A DNA stretch of 64,000 nucleotides from Chloroflexota bacterium (GCA_019637815.1 JAHBUZ010000001.1:271211-335210), one strand, 5' to 3'. Positions 19,206 through 30,035 are shown, numbered from the stretch's first letter. A program made the numbers and translations. Notes: generated by a model from the sequence alone, not told the origin.

Positions 19206-20521
19206 GCGATCCCACCGCCCACCGCGTGCCGCTCGACCCGGACGTCATCCGGGCCGACTTCCCACTGTTCGAGCGGGACTTCGGCGGTCGACCGCTGGCC
19301 TACCTGGACAGCGCCGCGACCTCGCTCAAGCCGCGCGCGGTGCTGGACGCGCTGGACGACTACAACGAGCGCTACACCGCGAACATCCACCGGGGCATCT
19401 ATACGACCGCGGAGGAGGCGACGGCCGCCTACGAGGCGGCGCGCGCGTCGGTGGCGACGTTCATCGGTGCGGGCTCGCCCTCGGAGATCGTGTTCGTGCG
19501 CAACGCCACGGAGGCCATCAACCTCGTGGCGCATTCGTGGGGTCGGCGGCACATCCATCAGGCGGACACCATCGTGCTCACGGAGCTGGAGCACCACTCC
19601 AACCTGGTGCCGTGGCAGCTGCTCGCCCAGGAGAAGGACGCGGACCTCGAGTTCGTGGCCATCGACGATCAGGGTCGGCTCGACCAGCAGAGCTTCGAGG
19701 TGCTGCTGCGCACACGACCCCGCCTGGTCGCCTTCAACCATGTCTCGAACGCGCTGGGCACCATCAACCCGGTGCGCGAGATGACCCGCATGGCCCACGA
19801 GGCGGGCGCGCTGGTGCTCGTGGATGGCGCCCAGGGAGTGCCCCACGGGCCCGTGGACGTGCAGGCCCTGGACGTCGACTTCTACGTGTTCTCCGGTCAC
19901 AAGACGCTCGGACCCACCGGATCGGGCGCGCTGTGGGCGCGTCGGGAGCTGCTCGACGCGATGCCGCCGTTCATGGGTGGCGGCGAGATGATCCGCGAGG
20001 TCCATCTGCGACACACCACCTTCAATGACGTCCCCTGGAAGTTCGAGGCGGGGACACCGGACATCGCCGCGGCCATCGGCCTTGGTGCGGCCATGGGCTA
20101 TCTCGGCGCCCTGGGCATGGATCGGGTGCGTGCCCACGAGCAGGAGCTCGCGGCGTATGCGCTCGAGCTGCTGCCCCGGGAGGTGCCGGGCATCCGCATC
20201 CTGGGTCCGCGCGATCCCGCTGAACGCGCGGGGATCGTGACCTTCACGCTGCCGGGCATCCATGCGCATGATGTCGCCACGCTCCTCGACCGGGAGGCGA
20301 TCGCCATCCGGGCGGGCCATCACTGCACGCAGCCGCTCCATGAGCGACTCGGTGAATCCGCGACCGGCCGCGCCAGCTTCAACGTCTACACCACGACCGA
20401 TGACATCGACCGGCTGGCCGCCGGGCTGCGCTCGGTCCAGCGCGTGTTCGGTGCCCCGGACGCGCCCGCTGCGACCGACGGCGACCGGGCGGTCCGGTAC
20501 CCTGTGGGCAGCCATGGATGA
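19202..20521 (+). CDS. sufS: Cysteine desulfurase SufS (class V, group II)
   Basis: ...YLDSAATS.KP..V...NIHRG.Y...FSGHKTLGPTGSGALW (PLP Lys)...RAGHHCTQPL (catalytic Cys). The start overlaps the sufC stop. Confidence 0.9.
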
Positions 20522-20921
20522 CCTCTACCGGGATGAGATCCTGGAGCACTACCGGCGACCCCACAACTTCGGCACGCTGTCGGCGCCCGATGTCTCGTAC
20601 GAGGGTGCCAACCCGCTGTGCGGCGACCGCCTCACGCTGATGCTCGACCTCGACGAGGCGGGCACCGTGACGGACGTGGCGTTCACGGGCCGGGGCTGTG
20701 CCATCAGCCAGGCCTCCGCGTCGTTGCTCACGGACACCCTTCGCGGCCGCTCGTCGGCGGAGCTGCTTGCCCTGGGCAAGGATGATGTCCTGGAGCTCCT
20801 GGGCATCGAGATCAGCCCGGCGCGACTCAAGTGCGCGCTGCTCTCGCTCGACACGCTCCAGCGAGCGCTCGCGGAGCGGCCAGCCGATGGCGTGGGCACG
20901 GCCCCGGACGGTCACGCATGA
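20514..20921 (+). CDS. sufU: SufU/IscU-like sulfur-transfer scaffold protein
   Basis: MDDLYRDEILEHYRRPHNFG...NPLCGD.LTL...GRGCAISQASAS...ARLKCALLS has the three Cys plus Asp of SufU. It overlaps the sufS stop by 8 nt. Confidence 0.9.
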   Translation: MDDLYRDEILEHYRRPHNFGTLSAPDVSYEGANPLCGDRLTLMLDLDEAGTVTDVAFTGRGCAISQASASLLTDTLRGRSSAELLALGKDDVLELLGIEISPARLKCALLSLDTLQRALAERPADGVGTAPDGHA

Positions 20922-21020
20922 TGTGCCACGGATGGTGTACCGGGCCGGCCTGACCGGCGACCCGCTGCCCCTCCCGTCTTCCCGGCCATCGACGGCCCCT
21001 GCACCCGGAGCACGAACCCC

Positions 21021-22178
21021 ATGACCGCATCCCTGTCCGACCTGTTGCGCGCGGCGCGCTCGAACGTGCCCGAGGTGGACGCTGGCCAGGCCGAGCTGCT
21101 CGTGGAGCAGGGCGCCCGCCTCATCGACGTCCGTGAGCGGAGCGAATGGGACGAGGGCCACATCGCGGGCGCCAGCCACATCTCCCGCTCCTACCTCGAG
21201 CAGCAGATCGAGAACGCGGAGCCCGACCGTGGCGCGCCCATCGTCCTGTACTGCGCCGGTGGCACACGCTCGCTGTTCGCAGCCCAGACGCTCCAGGCGA
21301 TGGGCTACTCGGACGTCCGCTCGATGACCGGCGGCTTCCAGGGCTGGAAGTCGAGCGGTCGCCCGTGGACCACCCCGGTCGTGCTCTCGAAGGAGCAGAA
21401 GCAGCGGTACAGCCGCCACCTGCTGGTCCCCGAGGTGGGTGCGGACGGCCAGGCGCGGCTGCTCGGCTCCAAGGTCCTGTTCATCGGCGCGGGCGGCCTC
21501 GGCGCGCCGGCGATGCTGTACCTCGCGGCCGCGGGTGTGGGCACCATCGGCATCGTCGACTTCGACGTGGTCGACGTCTCGAACCTCCAGCGGCAGGTCA
21601 TCCACACCACCGACCGGGTCGGGCACAAGAAGACCGAGTCGGCCGCCCAGACGATCCGGGCGCTCAACCCCGACGTCCAGGTGATCGCCCACGAGGAGAT
21701 GCTCACCGAGGCGAACGTGGAGCGGCTCATCGCCGGGTACGACCTCATCCTCGACGGCACCGACACCTTCGAGACGCGCTACACCCTCAACGATGCCGCG
21801 GTCCGGGCGCGCATCCCGGTGGTCCACGCCTCGGTCTTCCGGTTCGAGGGTCAGCTGACGGTCTTCCAGCCCTACGAGGGACCCTGCTACCGCTGTCTGT
21901 ACCCCACGCCGCCCCCACCCGAGCTGGCTCCCGGCTGCTCCGTGGCAGGGGTGCTCGGCGTGGTGCCCGGCATCATGGGCATGCTCCAGGCATCCGAGGC
22001 GCTCAAGGTGCTGCTGGGCATCGGTGAGCCGCTCATCGGTCGCCTGCTCATCCACGACGCGCTGGACGGCACCTTCCAGGAGCTCCAGCTGCGACGTGAC
22101 CCCCACTGCCCGGCGTGTGGTGACGGTGCTCCCGTCACGCAGTCGTCCGGCACCTTCACCCTGGGAGCCTCCGCATGA
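21021..22178 (+). CDS. moeZ: Sulfur-carrier-protein adenylyltransferase/sulfurtransferase (MoeZ/MoeB-ThiF family) with an N-terminal rhodanese domain
   Basis: Residues 1-118 form a rhodanese domain with the active loop YCAGGTRS. The rest is a ThiF/MoeB E1-like domain: RYSRHLL.PEVG..GQ..L..SKVL.IGAGGLG, the CYRCLYP...CPACG zinc motif and the CSVAGVLG loop. Confidence 0.85.
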   Translation: MTASLSDLLRAARSNVPEVDAGQAELLVEQGARLIDVRERSEWDEGHIAGASHISRSYLEQQIENAEPDRGAPIVLYCAGGTRSLFAAQTLQAMGYSDVRSMTGGFQGWKSSGRPWTTPVVLSKEQKQRYSRHLLVPEVGADGQARLLGSKVLFIGAGGLGAPAMLYLAAAGVGTIGIVDFDVVDVSNLQRQVIHTTDRVGHKKTESAAQTIRALNPDVQVIAHEEMLTEANVERLIAGYDLILDGTDTFETRYTLNDAAVRARIPVVHASVFRFEGQLTVFQPYEGPCYRCLYPTPPPPELAPGCSVAGVLGVVPGIMGMLQASEALKVLLGIGEPLIGRLLIHDALDGTFQELQLRRDPHCPACGDGAPVTQSSGTFTLGASA

Positions 22179-22447
22179 CCGCCGTCCGCATCCCGCCCGT
22201 CCTCCGCGCCCAGGTGGGCGGCCAGAAGCAGCTCGAGGCATCCGGCGAGACCGTCGGTGCGGTGCTCGAGGGTCTCGTCGCCGCATATCCCTCGCTGCGG
22301 GAGCAGCTGCTGACCCCGGACGGCGAGCTCAACCGGTTCGTCAACGTGTACCTGAACGGACGCGATGTCCGATACGAGCAGGGTCTCGCGACGGCCGTGG
22401 GTGCCACGGACACCGTGGTCCTGCTGCCCGCGATGGCGGGCGGCTGA
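22175..22447 (+). CDS. cysO: ThiS/MoaD-family sulfur carrier protein (CysO-like), C-terminal Gly-Gly
   Basis: 90 aa ending ...LLPAMAGG. The start overlaps the E1 stop (ATGA). It lies between the E1-like gene and cysM. Confidence 0.85.
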   Translation: MTAVRIPPVLRAQVGGQKQLEASGETVGAVLEGLVAAYPSLREQLLTPDGELNRFVNVYLNGRDVRYEQGLATAVGATDTVVLLPAMAGG

Positions 22448-22458
22448 GCCGTCCCGCG

Positions 22459-23463
22459 ATGCGCGCAACGGCGGATCCACCTCCGGTCGACGCGTCCCCG
22501 GCCCATCACGACGCTCCGCCCCACGGCGGGCGGTATGCATCCATCGTCGATGCCATCGGGCACACCCCGCTCGTGGCCATCCCCCGCATGTCCCCGAACC
22601 CGGACGTGGTGCTGCTCGCCAAGCTGGAGTTCCTGAACCCGACCGGCTCGGTCAAGGACCGTGTGGCGCGGGCGCTCATCGAGGATCTCGAGGCATCCGG
22701 TCGGCTGCGGCCGGACTCGATCATCATCGAGCCCACGAGCGGCAACACGGGCATCGCCCTCGCCATGATCGCCCGGCGCAAGGGATATCGCGTGGCGGTG
22801 GTCCTGCCGGACAACGTGACCCAGGAGCGGCGACAGCTGCTGGGACTGTTCGGCGCGGAGATCATCGATTCCCCCGGTGCGCTCGGATCCAACGGGGCCG
22901 TTGCCATGGCCAAGGAGCTCGTTGCACGTGACGAGCGCTTCGTGATGCCCTACCAGTACGGCAATCCCGCCAACCCCCGGATCCACGAGGAGACCACGGC
23001 CGAGGAGATCATCGCGGACTGCCCGGAGGTCGACGTGTTCGTGGCTGGCCTCGGCACGGGCGGCACGCTCATGGGCGTTGGGCGTCGACTCAAGCGATAT
23101 CGGTCGGACATCCGGGTGTATGCCGCCGAGCCGCTGCCCGGCGATGCGGTCCAGGGGTTGCGGTCCCTGGACGAGGGCTTCATCCCCGAGATCTTCGACC
23201 CCGAGGTCCTGGACGGGCGGCTGCTGGTCAGCAACGCGGAGTCCATCGCGGCCCTGCGGGACCTCACCGAGCAGGAGGGCATCTTCGCGGGTGTCTCGTC
23301 CGGCGGCGCGGTCGTGGCGGCCCAGCAGGTGGCCGCGCGCATGGACCGCGGCACCATCGTGGTGCTGCTCGCGGACGGAGGCTGGAAGTACCTCTCGGAG
23401 GACGTCTGGACCCGTGACCTGGACGCGGACGCCGCCGCGATCGAGCGCGTGAGCCTGTGGTGA
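22459..23463 (+). CDS. cysM: Cysteine synthase (CysM-type, predicted CysO-thiocarboxylate dependent)
   Basis: ATG at 22459 within track ORF 22024..23463. ...NPTGSVKDR (PLP Lys)...EPTSGNTGIALA...GLGTGGTLMG... The CysM-versus-CysK call rests on the cysO/mec context. Confidence 0.85.
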   Translation: MRATADPPPVDASPAHHDAPPHGGRYASIVDAIGHTPLVAIPRMSPNPDVVLLAKLEFLNPTGSVKDRVARALIEDLEASGRLRPDSIIIEPTSGNTGIALAMIARRKGYRVAVVLPDNVTQERRQLLGLFGAEIIDSPGALGSNGAVAMAKELVARDERFVMPYQYGNPANPRIHEETTAEEIIADCPEVDVFVAGLGTGGTLMGVGRRLKRYRSDIRVYAAEPLPGDAVQGLRSLDEGFIPEIFDPEVLDGRLLVSNAESIAALRDLTEQEGIFAGVSSGGAVVAAQQVAARMDRGTIVVLLADGGWKYLSEDVWTRDLDADAAAIERVSLW

Positions 23464-23467
23464 TCGG

Positions 23468-24040
23468 ATGACCGATGCCACGCGGCACGGAGCGTCGACC
23501 GTCCGCTCCATCGGGTCGGAGCCGGCGGCGACGGGCGCGGATGATCGGGTCCCCTCGATCGACGACTGGCAGCGTGCCGCGGATTCCGGCCACGGGCGAC
23601 GGTCGGACGGATCGGGTGACCTGGTGGCCCGGGTGCCGACCGGGCTGCTCGACGCGGTCGTGGCGTGGTGCCAGGCTGGTCGACCCAACGAGGCGTGCGG
23701 TCTGCTCGCCGGCCCGGTGCTCGCGGGTGACGGCGGCGTGCCGACCCGGTTCCTGCCGCTCATGAACGCGGCTGCCTCGCCGTACCGGTATCTCATCGAC
23801 CCGCAGGAGCAGCTGCGTGCCGTGCTCGACATCGATGACGCGGACGAGGAGGTCTGGGGCATCGTCCATTCCCACGTCGCGTCGCCAGCCGTGCCCTCGG
23901 ACACGGACGTGGGGCTCGCCGGGTGGCCGGACGCGCTCTATCTCATCTGCTCGCTCGCGACCGAGCCGCCGGTCATCCGGGCCTGGTCGATCCGCGACGG
24001 CGCGGTCGCCGAGGTCACGCTCGAGCGCGGCCGCGACTGA
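23468..24040 (+). CDS. mec: JAMM/MPN+ metalloprotease (Mec-like CysO-cysteine peptidase)
   Basis: NEACGLL (Glu) and [14 protein letters not shown] (HxHx7Sx2D) form the JAMM motif. About 55 N-terminal residues are non-conserved, so the true start may be further downstream. Confidence 0.8.
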   Translation: MTDATRHGASTVRSIGSEPAATGADDRVPSIDDWQRAADSGHGRRSDGSGDLVARVPTGLLDAVVAWCQAGRPNEACGLLAGPVLAGDGGVPTRFLPLMNAAASPYRYLIDPQEQLRAVLDIDDADEEVWGIVHSHVASPAVPSDTDVGLAGWPDALYLICSLATEPPVIRAWSIRDGAVAEVTLERGRD

Positions 24041-24084
24041 CGTCGCGTGATCGACACGTAAGAGCGGCGCGCTACGATCGGGGC

Positions 24085-25926
24085 GTGACCGATCCACGCG
24101 CGCTCGAGGTCCTCCAGCGTGTCTGGGGCTACCCGGACTTCCGTGGCATGCAGGGCGAGATCATCGATGCGGTCATGCGGGGCGATGACGCGATCGTGCT
24201 CATGCCCACGGGTGCCGGCAAGTCGCTGTGCTACCAGATCCCGGCACTCGTGCGTGACGGGACGGGGATCGTGGTCTCCCCGCTCATCGCGCTCATGCAG
24301 GACCAGGTCGATGCGCTCGCCGAGGTCGGGGTGCGCGCCGCCTTCCTGAACTCGACACAGGACCCGGATGCCCGCCGCGAGGTCGAGGGTGCGTTCCTCG
24401 CCGGCAGGCTGGACCTGCTCTACCTCGCGCCGGAGCGACTCGCGGTTGCGGGCACGCAGGCCCTCCTCGACCGCGGCCGGCTCTCGCTGTTCGCGATCGA
24501 CGAGGCGCACTGCGTGAGCCAATGGGGGCACGACTTCCGGCCCGACTACCTGGGGCTCTCGTCGATCGCGAAGCGGTGGCCCGATGTGCCGCGCATCGCC
24601 CTGACCGCGACCGCGACCGTCGCGACCCGCGACGAGATCGCCGAGCGACTCCGACTGACCGATGCCCGGCGGTTCGTGGCCTCCTTCGACCGACCGAACA
24701 TCCAGTACCACATCGTGCCCAAGGACCAGCCGGTCCGCCAGCTCATCCGGCTCATCCGGACCGAGCACCCGGGTGACGCCGGCATCGTCTACCGCCTGTC
24801 GCGCCGCTCGGTCGACGAGACCGCGGAGGCGCTCGTCGCGGCCGGCATCCCGGCGTCGCCCTACCACGCGGGTCTCGACGCGCGGACCCGGCGTGCCAAC
24901 CAGGCGCGCTTCCTCCGCGAGGACGGCGTCGTCATGGTCGCCACGATCGCCTTCGGCATGGGCATCGACAAGCCAGACGTCCGGTTCGTGGCGCATCTCG
25001 ACCTGCCCAAGTCCGTCGAGGGCTACTACCAGGAGACCGGCCGTGCCGGTCGGGACGGCGAGCCCGCGACCGCGTGGCTGACGTACGGACTCCAGGACGT
25101 CGTCCAGCAGCGCCGCATGATCGACGAGTCCGAGGGGGACCTCACCCACAAGCGGAACCTCACGGCCCATCTGGACGCGATGCTCGCGCTGTGCGAGACG
25201 GCCACCTGCCGGCGACTCCAGCTGCTCCGCTACTTCGGCCAGGAGTCCGAGCCCTGCGGGAACTGCGATACGTGCCTGTCCCCGCCCGAGACCTGGGATG
25301 GCACCGTCGCCGCACAGAAGCTGCTTTCGACGATCGTCCGGCTCGATCGGGAGCGGCGTCAGCGCTACGGCGCGGGGCAGCTCATCCACATCCTGCGTGG
25401 GCAGGACACGGAGCGGGTCCGACAGCTCGGTCATGACTCGCTGGCGACCTTCGGCATCGGCACGGAGCTGGACGAGCCCGCCTGGCGTGGCGTGGTCCGC
25501 CAGCTCCTCGCGCTCGGGTTGCTCGCGACCGACGAGCACGGTGCCTTCCGGGTCACCGAGGCGAGCGCGGAGGTCCTGCGCGGAACGCGACAGGTCACCT
25601 TCCGGAGCGATCTCGCGGTCGCGCGGAGCCGTGGCGATCGCCGGCGTCGCAGCTCGACGGCGGGCGCCACGGCCACGACCACCGAGCTCTCGGCGACGGC
25701 GCGCGACCTGTTCGAGACGCTCCGGGTGTGGCGGGCGGGTGTCGCGAAGGAGCAGGACGTCCCGGCCTATGTCGTCTTCCCCGACTCGACCCTCCGCACC
25801 ATCGCGATGCTCCGGCCGACGAGCCTGGATGCGCTCCGGGCCATCAGCGGCGTCGGCGACAAGAAGCTCCAGAGCTACGGTACGGCCGTGCTCGGCGTGG
25901 TGGCGAGCGCGGAGGCAGCGGCCTGA
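24085..25926 (+). CDS. recQ: ATP-dependent DNA helicase RecQ
   Basis: GTG at 24085. [15 protein letters not shown]...[16 protein letters not shown]...[15 protein letters not shown]...; zinc-finger CGNCDTC; RQC and C-terminal HRDC (...[10 protein letters not shown]...) regions. Confidence 0.95.
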   Translation: MTDPRALEVLQRVWGYPDFRGMQGEIIDAVMRGDDAIVLMPTGAGKSLCYQIPALVRDGTGIVVSPLIALMQDQVDALAEVGVRAAFLNSTQDPDARREVEGAFLAGRLDLLYLAPERLAVAGTQALLDRGRLSLFAIDEAHCVSQWGHDFRPDYLGLSSIAKRWPDVPRIALTATATVATRDEIAERLRLTDARRFVASFDRPNIQYHIVPKDQPVRQLIRLIRTEHPGDAGIVYRLSRRSVDETAEALVAAGIPASPYHAGLDARTRRANQARFLREDGVVMVATIAFGMGIDKPDVRFVAHLDLPKSVEGYYQETGRAGRDGEPATAWLTYGLQDVVQQRRMIDESEGDLTHKRNLTAHLDAMLALCETATCRRLQLLRYFGQESEPCGNCDTCLSPPETWDGTVAAQKLLSTIVRLDRERRQRYGAGQLIHILRGQDTERVRQLGHDSLATFGIGTELDEPAWRGVVRQLLALGLLATDEHGAFRVTEASAEVLRGTRQVTFRSDLAVARSRGDRRRRSSTAGATATTTELSATARDLFETLRVWRAGVAKEQDVPAYVVFPDSTLRTIAMLRPTSLDALRAISGVGDKKLQSYGTAVLGVVASAEAAA

Positions 25927-25939
25927 TCGACCGTGTGCC

Positions 25940-26407
25940 TCACTCGCCGATGTCCTCGTTCCAGATGTCGGGATGGTCACGGATGAAGTCGCGCATCAGC
26001 TGCTTGCACTCCTCGGAGTCGAGGTTCACGACCTCCACGCCGCGTGCTCGCAGGTAGCCCTCGCCACCCACGAAGGTCTCGTTCTCGCCGATGACCACGC
26101 GTGGGATGCCGTACAGCAGGATCGTGCCGGTGCACATGTCGCACGGCGACAGCGTGGTGTACATCGTCGCCGTCCGGTAGACGGATGCCTTCAGGCGCCC
26201 CGCGACCTCCATGGCATCGGTCTCGCCGTGTCGGATCGCCGAGCCCAGCTGGACGCGTCGATTGTGACCCGCACCGAGGACCACGCCGTCCGCCACCAGC
26301 GCCCCGCCGATGGGCACGCCGCCCTCGTCCCGGCCGATGCGGGCCTGCTCGATGGCCACAGCGAGGAACCGCTCGTCGATGGCGCGCTGGTCCCGATCGT
26401 GTCCCAT
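25940..26407 (-). CDS. Cytosine deaminase, yeast-FCY1 type (CDA-fold zinc deaminase)
   Basis: Start MGHDRDQ after GGAGGAG. GHNRRVQLGSAIRHGE...TMYTTLSPCDMCTG.ILLYGIPRVVIGEN...FIRDHPDIWNEDIGE is nearly collinear with yeast Fcy1 as I recall it, including the C-terminal ...W.EDIGE. Confidence 0.85.
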   Translation of the reverse strand: MGHDRDQRAIDERFLAVAIEQARIGRDEGGVPIGGALVADGVVLGAGHNRRVQLGSAIRHGETDAMEVAGRLKASVYRTATMYTTLSPCDMCTGTILLYGIPRVVIGENETFVGGEGYLRARGVEVVNLDSEECKQLMRDFIRDHPDIWNEDIGE

Positions 26408-26408
26408 G

Positions 26409-27323
26409 TCAGCTCCTCCGATACGGCTTGAGGTAGGCACCCGGGTACGCCACGTTGCGCCCCGAGATGGCGAGCGCGGCGATGACCGCGAGATAGGGCA
26501 GCGCGAGCATGATCTCCGGCGGCACGCCCTGCCAGCCGTCCATGATCTGGAGTCGCAGGCCGAGCGAGTACACGAACGAGAACAGCAGGGCACCCAGGAC
26601 GCCCCGCCCGATGCGCCAGCGACCGAAGATGACGAGCGCGACGCACACCCAGCCCCGCCCCGCGATGATGTCCAGCGTGAAGGTGCCCAGGACGGCGAGC
26701 GTCAGGAACGCGCCGCCGACGGCCATGAGCGCCGAGCCGAGCATCAGCGCGAAGTAGCGCACCCGGGCCACCCGGATCCCCGCCGCGTCGGCCGCCTCCG
26801 GGTCCTCGCCCACCGCCCGGATGGACAGACCGATGGGTGTCCGGTCGAGCAGCCACCACGCGGCCGGTACCACGAGCAGGAACGCCACGTAGGTCAGGCC
26901 GTACTGCTGCGCCACGTGACCGATGTCGCCGAACCCGGCGAGCGGATCCCAGAGTGGCATGGGCGTGATGCGCGGCGCCTGTGAGCCACTGAGCAACAAG
27001 CGATTGCTGAACTCGGACAGGCCGACCAGCGCGATGGTCAGGCCGAGACCCGCGACGTGCTGGTTGGCGCCCAGGGTCACCGTCAGGAGCGCCATCACGG
27101 CACCCGCCAGGAGCCCGACCACGACCGCGGCGAGGAGACCCAGCAGGGGATCGCCGGTCTGCCACGCCACCGCGAACCCGGCGAACGCGCCCGCGTACAT
27201 CGTCCCTTCGATGCCCAGGTTGAGCACACCCGAGCGCTCCGTGATGGTCTCGCCGGTCGTGCCATAGACCAGCGGCGTGGCATTCCGGAAGGTGGACGCG
27301 AGCAGGTCGAACAGGAAGGTCAT
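26409..27323 (-). CDS. ABC transporter permease (BMP/nucleoside-type importer, YufQ/NupQ-like)
   Basis: 304 aa. MTFLFDLLASTFRNATPL.YG..GE.ITERSGV.NLG.EG.M is the typical N-terminus of this permease family. Multiple TM segments. Confidence 0.85.
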   Translation of the reverse strand: MTFLFDLLASTFRNATPLVYGTTGETITERSGVLNLGIEGTMYAGAFAGFAVAWQTGDPLLGLLAAVVVGLLAGAVMALLTVTLGANQHVAGLGLTIALVGLSEFSNRLLLSGSQAPRITPMPLWDPLAGFGDIGHVAQQYGLTYVAFLLVVPAAWWLLDRTPIGLSIRAVGEDPEAADAAGIRVARVRYFALMLGSALMAVGGAFLTLAVLGTFTLDIIAGRGWVCVALVIFGRWRIGRGVLGALLFSFVYSLGLRLQIMDGWQGVPPEIMLALPYLAVIAALAISGRNVAYPGAYLKPYRRS

Positions 27324-28465
27324 CCGACCCCCTCCGCCGCGATCGGTGGCGGCTCACCGGGCCGGTCGGTCGGGGAGGCGCGTGACCCATCGGCCGGGGA
27401 CGGGCCCGCGGGTGGTGGCTCGTCGATGGCCGCGCGGCGAGAGCGCCACGCACGCGTTGCGAGCACCGCCACCATGGCCAGCAGCAGCATCCCCTGGATG
27501 ACCTCGCCCATCTGGGAGGGCACCGACAGCGTCCGCTCGGCGATGCTCGAGCCGATGGTCAGGTCACCCAGCAGCAGACCGGCGAGCAGCACGCCGGGCA
27601 TCGTGAGGCCACCCAGCATCGCGACCACGATGCCGCTGTAGCCGTAGCCCGGCGAGAGACCGGCGGTGAGGCGGTACTGGAGCCCGGCGACCTCGCTCAC
27701 ACCCGCGATCCCCGCGATGGCGCCACTCACGAGCGCGACCCGCAGCAGGGTCCGCTCCACCGGGATGCCCGCGAAGCGCGCCGCGCCCGGGGCGAGGCCC
27801 ACGGCACGCACCCGGAGCCCGGTCGCGGTGCGGGTGAGCACGTACCACGCGATGACGATGCCCACGATGCCCAGCACGAAGCCGAGATGCAGCCGCGATC
27901 CCTCCAGCAGGCGCGGGAAGTGGGCCGACGCGGCGATGGGCGGTGATTCGGTGATGCCCATGGGATCGCGCCACGGTCCCTGGACGAGGGCCTTCACGAA
28001 CAGCAGCGCCACCGGGTTGAGGAGCAGCGTCGTGACCACCTCGTCGATGCCCAGGCGGACGCGCAGCAGCGCCGGCACGAACGCCCACGCCGCCCCCGCG
28101 AGCGCTCCACCACCGATCATCACGGGCACGGCCAGGATGGGCGGCACGTCGGTGAGCACCTGGCCCAGCCCGCCCGCGGCGATGGCGCCCAGGAGCAGCT
28201 GCCCCTCCGCGCCGATGTTCCAGTAGCCGGCGCGGAAGGCGATCGCGACCGACAGTCCACACAGCAGCAGGGGCGTGCTCGCCACGAGCACCTCGAGCAG
28301 GCGGAACTGGCTGGTGAGCGGCGCGACCAGGAACTGGTACCACGCGGCGAGCGGGTCGGCACCCGCGACCACGATCGCGGCGCCCGTGACACCCAGCACC
28401 GTGATGAGCGCCACGACGGCCACGCCCACAGGACTCTGGAGCCCGGCGAGCGCCTGCCGGTTCAC
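27320..28465 (-). CDS. ABC transporter permease (BMP/nucleoside-type importer, YufP/NupP-like)
   Basis: 381 aa, TM-rich, with ...GYWNIGAEGQLLLGA... typical of the family. ATGA-type overlaps on both sides. Confidence 0.85.
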   Translation of the reverse strand: MNRQALAGLQSPVGVAVVALITVLGVTGAAIVVAGADPLAAWYQFLVAPLTSQFRLLEVLVASTPLLLCGLSVAIAFRAGYWNIGAEGQLLLGAIAAGGLGQVLTDVPPILAVPVMIGGGALAGAAWAFVPALLRVRLGIDEVVTTLLLNPVALLFVKALVQGPWRDPMGITESPPIAASAHFPRLLEGSRLHLGFVLGIVGIVIAWYVLTRTATGLRVRAVGLAPGAARFAGIPVERTLLRVALVSGAIAGIAGVSEVAGLQYRLTAGLSPGYGYSGIVVAMLGGLTMPGVLLAGLLLGDLTIGSSIAERTLSVPSQMGEVIQGMLLLAMVAVLATRAWRSRRAAIDEPPPAGPSPADGSRASPTDRPGEPPPIAAEGVG

Positions 28466-30018
28466 GCGGCGGTCCCCGCCTGGCTCGCCCTCAGGCGCCC
28501 CGCCATGAGCATGCCCAGGCGGTCGACGTCGGCGTCGGCGGTCGCCATCGATCCGACGATCCGTCCCTCGTACATCACGACCAGTCGATCCGCCACCGCG
28601 AGCAGCTCATCGAGATCCTCGGACACGAGCAGCACGCCCGCTCCTCCACGTGCCCGCGCGATGAGCGTCGAGCGGACGTACTCGGACGCGCCCACATCCA
28701 GGCCGCGCGTCGGCTGCGCCACCACCACGACCCGCGGATCGTGCTCCAGCACGCGGGCCAGGAGCACCTTCTGGATGTTGCCGCCGGACAGCGTCCGCAC
28801 CGGATCGCGCGGGGTCGCCCGGATCTGGTAGCGCTCGATGAGCTCGCGCGCGTGCCGCTCGATGCGTCGGTGGTCGAGCCCTGCCGCGCCCCGGAAGTCA
28901 TCGATCCGCTCGAGGATGAGGTTGAGGGACACCGGCAGGTCCATCACCAGGCTCGCGCGGCGGTCCTCCGGGATCCGCCCCACGCCCGCGGCCATCATCC
29001 CGGCCGGACCCAGGCCCGTGACATCGCGACCCGCGACCGTGACGCGTCCCTCGGTCGGGGCTCGCATCCCCGCGAGGACCTCCACCAGCTCCGTCTGGCC
29101 GTTGCCGGACACGCCCGCGACACCCACGACCTCACCCGCGGCGACCTCCAGGTCGATACCCCGGAGCGCCGGCAGGCCGCGTGCGCCATCGGCGACGACG
29201 GCCCCCACGTGCAGGACGACGGTCCGGCCCGCGTCGCCGGCAAGCGGTGGTCGCTCGACCCCGAACGTGGGCCGACCCACCATCATCCGGGCCAGCTCGC
29301 GCTCGTCGGTGTCACCGGGCGCGGTGCCCACGAGCTGTCCCCGTCGGAGCACGCTCACGCGGTCCGAGATGGCGCGGACCTCACCCAGCTTGTGGCTGAT
29401 GAACACGACGCCGAGCCCGCCCGCGACGAGCCGGCGGAGCGTCGTGAACAGCGCGTCCACCTCCTGTGGCACGAGCACCGCGGTCGGCTCGTCGAGGATG
29501 AGCACCCGACAGTCGCGCGACAGCGCCTTGAGCACCTCGACGCGCTGCTGCTGGCCGACCGACAGGTCCGCGATCCGGGCATCGGGGTCGATGGGCAGCT
29601 CGGCTGCCACGGACACGCGACGCACGGCGTCCCGCATCCCCTCCCGGTCGAGCCGCGCACCGCTCACCCGGCCCAGGGCCAGGTTCTCCGCCACGGTCAT
29701 CGGTGCCACCAGCGAGAAATGCTGCGTGACCATGCCGATGCCCGCCGCGATGGCGTCCCGGGGGGAGCCGATGTGCACCGGTCGGCCGCGGACCTCGATG
29801 GTGCCTCGATCGGGCATCGTCAGCCCGTAGAGGATGCGCATGAGCGTGGTCTTGCCCGCGCCGTTCTCGCCGAGCAGCGCGTGCACCTCGCCCGGACGCA
29901 CATCGAAGGTGACCCCGTCGTTCGCGACGAGGTCACCGAAGCGCTTCGTGATGTCCCGGAGCGCGACCGCGGCAGGGACGGACGCGGCCGGGTCGGGGGA
30001 TGCCGGGTGGTCCGGCAC
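28462..30018 (-). CDS. ABC transporter ATP-binding protein with two fused ATPase domains (sugar/nucleoside type)
   Basis: GENGAGKTTLM Walker A, LSVGQQQRVEVLKAL, ILDEPT. The second half has SGGNIQKVLLAR, the usual degenerate second signature of this family. Confidence 0.9.
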   Translation of the reverse strand: MPDHPASPDPAASVPAAVALRDITKRFGDLVANDGVTFDVRPGEVHALLGENGAGKTTLMRILYGLTMPDRGTIEVRGRPVHIGSPRDAIAAGIGMVTQHFSLVAPMTVAENLALGRVSGARLDREGMRDAVRRVSVAAELPIDPDARIADLSVGQQQRVEVLKALSRDCRVLILDEPTAVLVPQEVDALFTTLRRLVAGGLGVVFISHKLGEVRAISDRVSVLRRGQLVGTAPGDTDERELARMMVGRPTFGVERPPLAGDAGRTVVLHVGAVVADGARGLPALRGIDLEVAAGEVVGVAGVSGNGQTELVEVLAGMRAPTEGRVTVAGRDVTGLGPAGMMAAGVGRIPEDRRASLVMDLPVSLNLILERIDDFRGAAGLDHRRIERHARELIERYQIRATPRDPVRTLSGGNIQKVLLARVLEHDPRVVVVAQPTRGLDVGASEYVRSTLIARARGGAGVLLVSEDLDELLAVADRLVVMYEGRIVGSMATADADVDRLGMLMAGRLRASQAGTAA

Positions 30019-30035
30019 CCCCGCCCCTGGAGGGA

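Noticed and set aside
21021-24040. An E1-like, ubiquitin-like and JAMM gene trio, considered as a ubiquitin-like conjugation or anti-phage (Bil-type) system.
   Set aside because: There is no E2-like gene. A PLP-dependent cysteine synthase sits between the carrier and the JAMM protease. The carrier ends in Gly-Gly and the E1 carries a rhodanese domain. This is exactly the CysO-thiocarboxylate cysteine pathway, so I treat it as sulfur metabolism, not protein tagging or defence.
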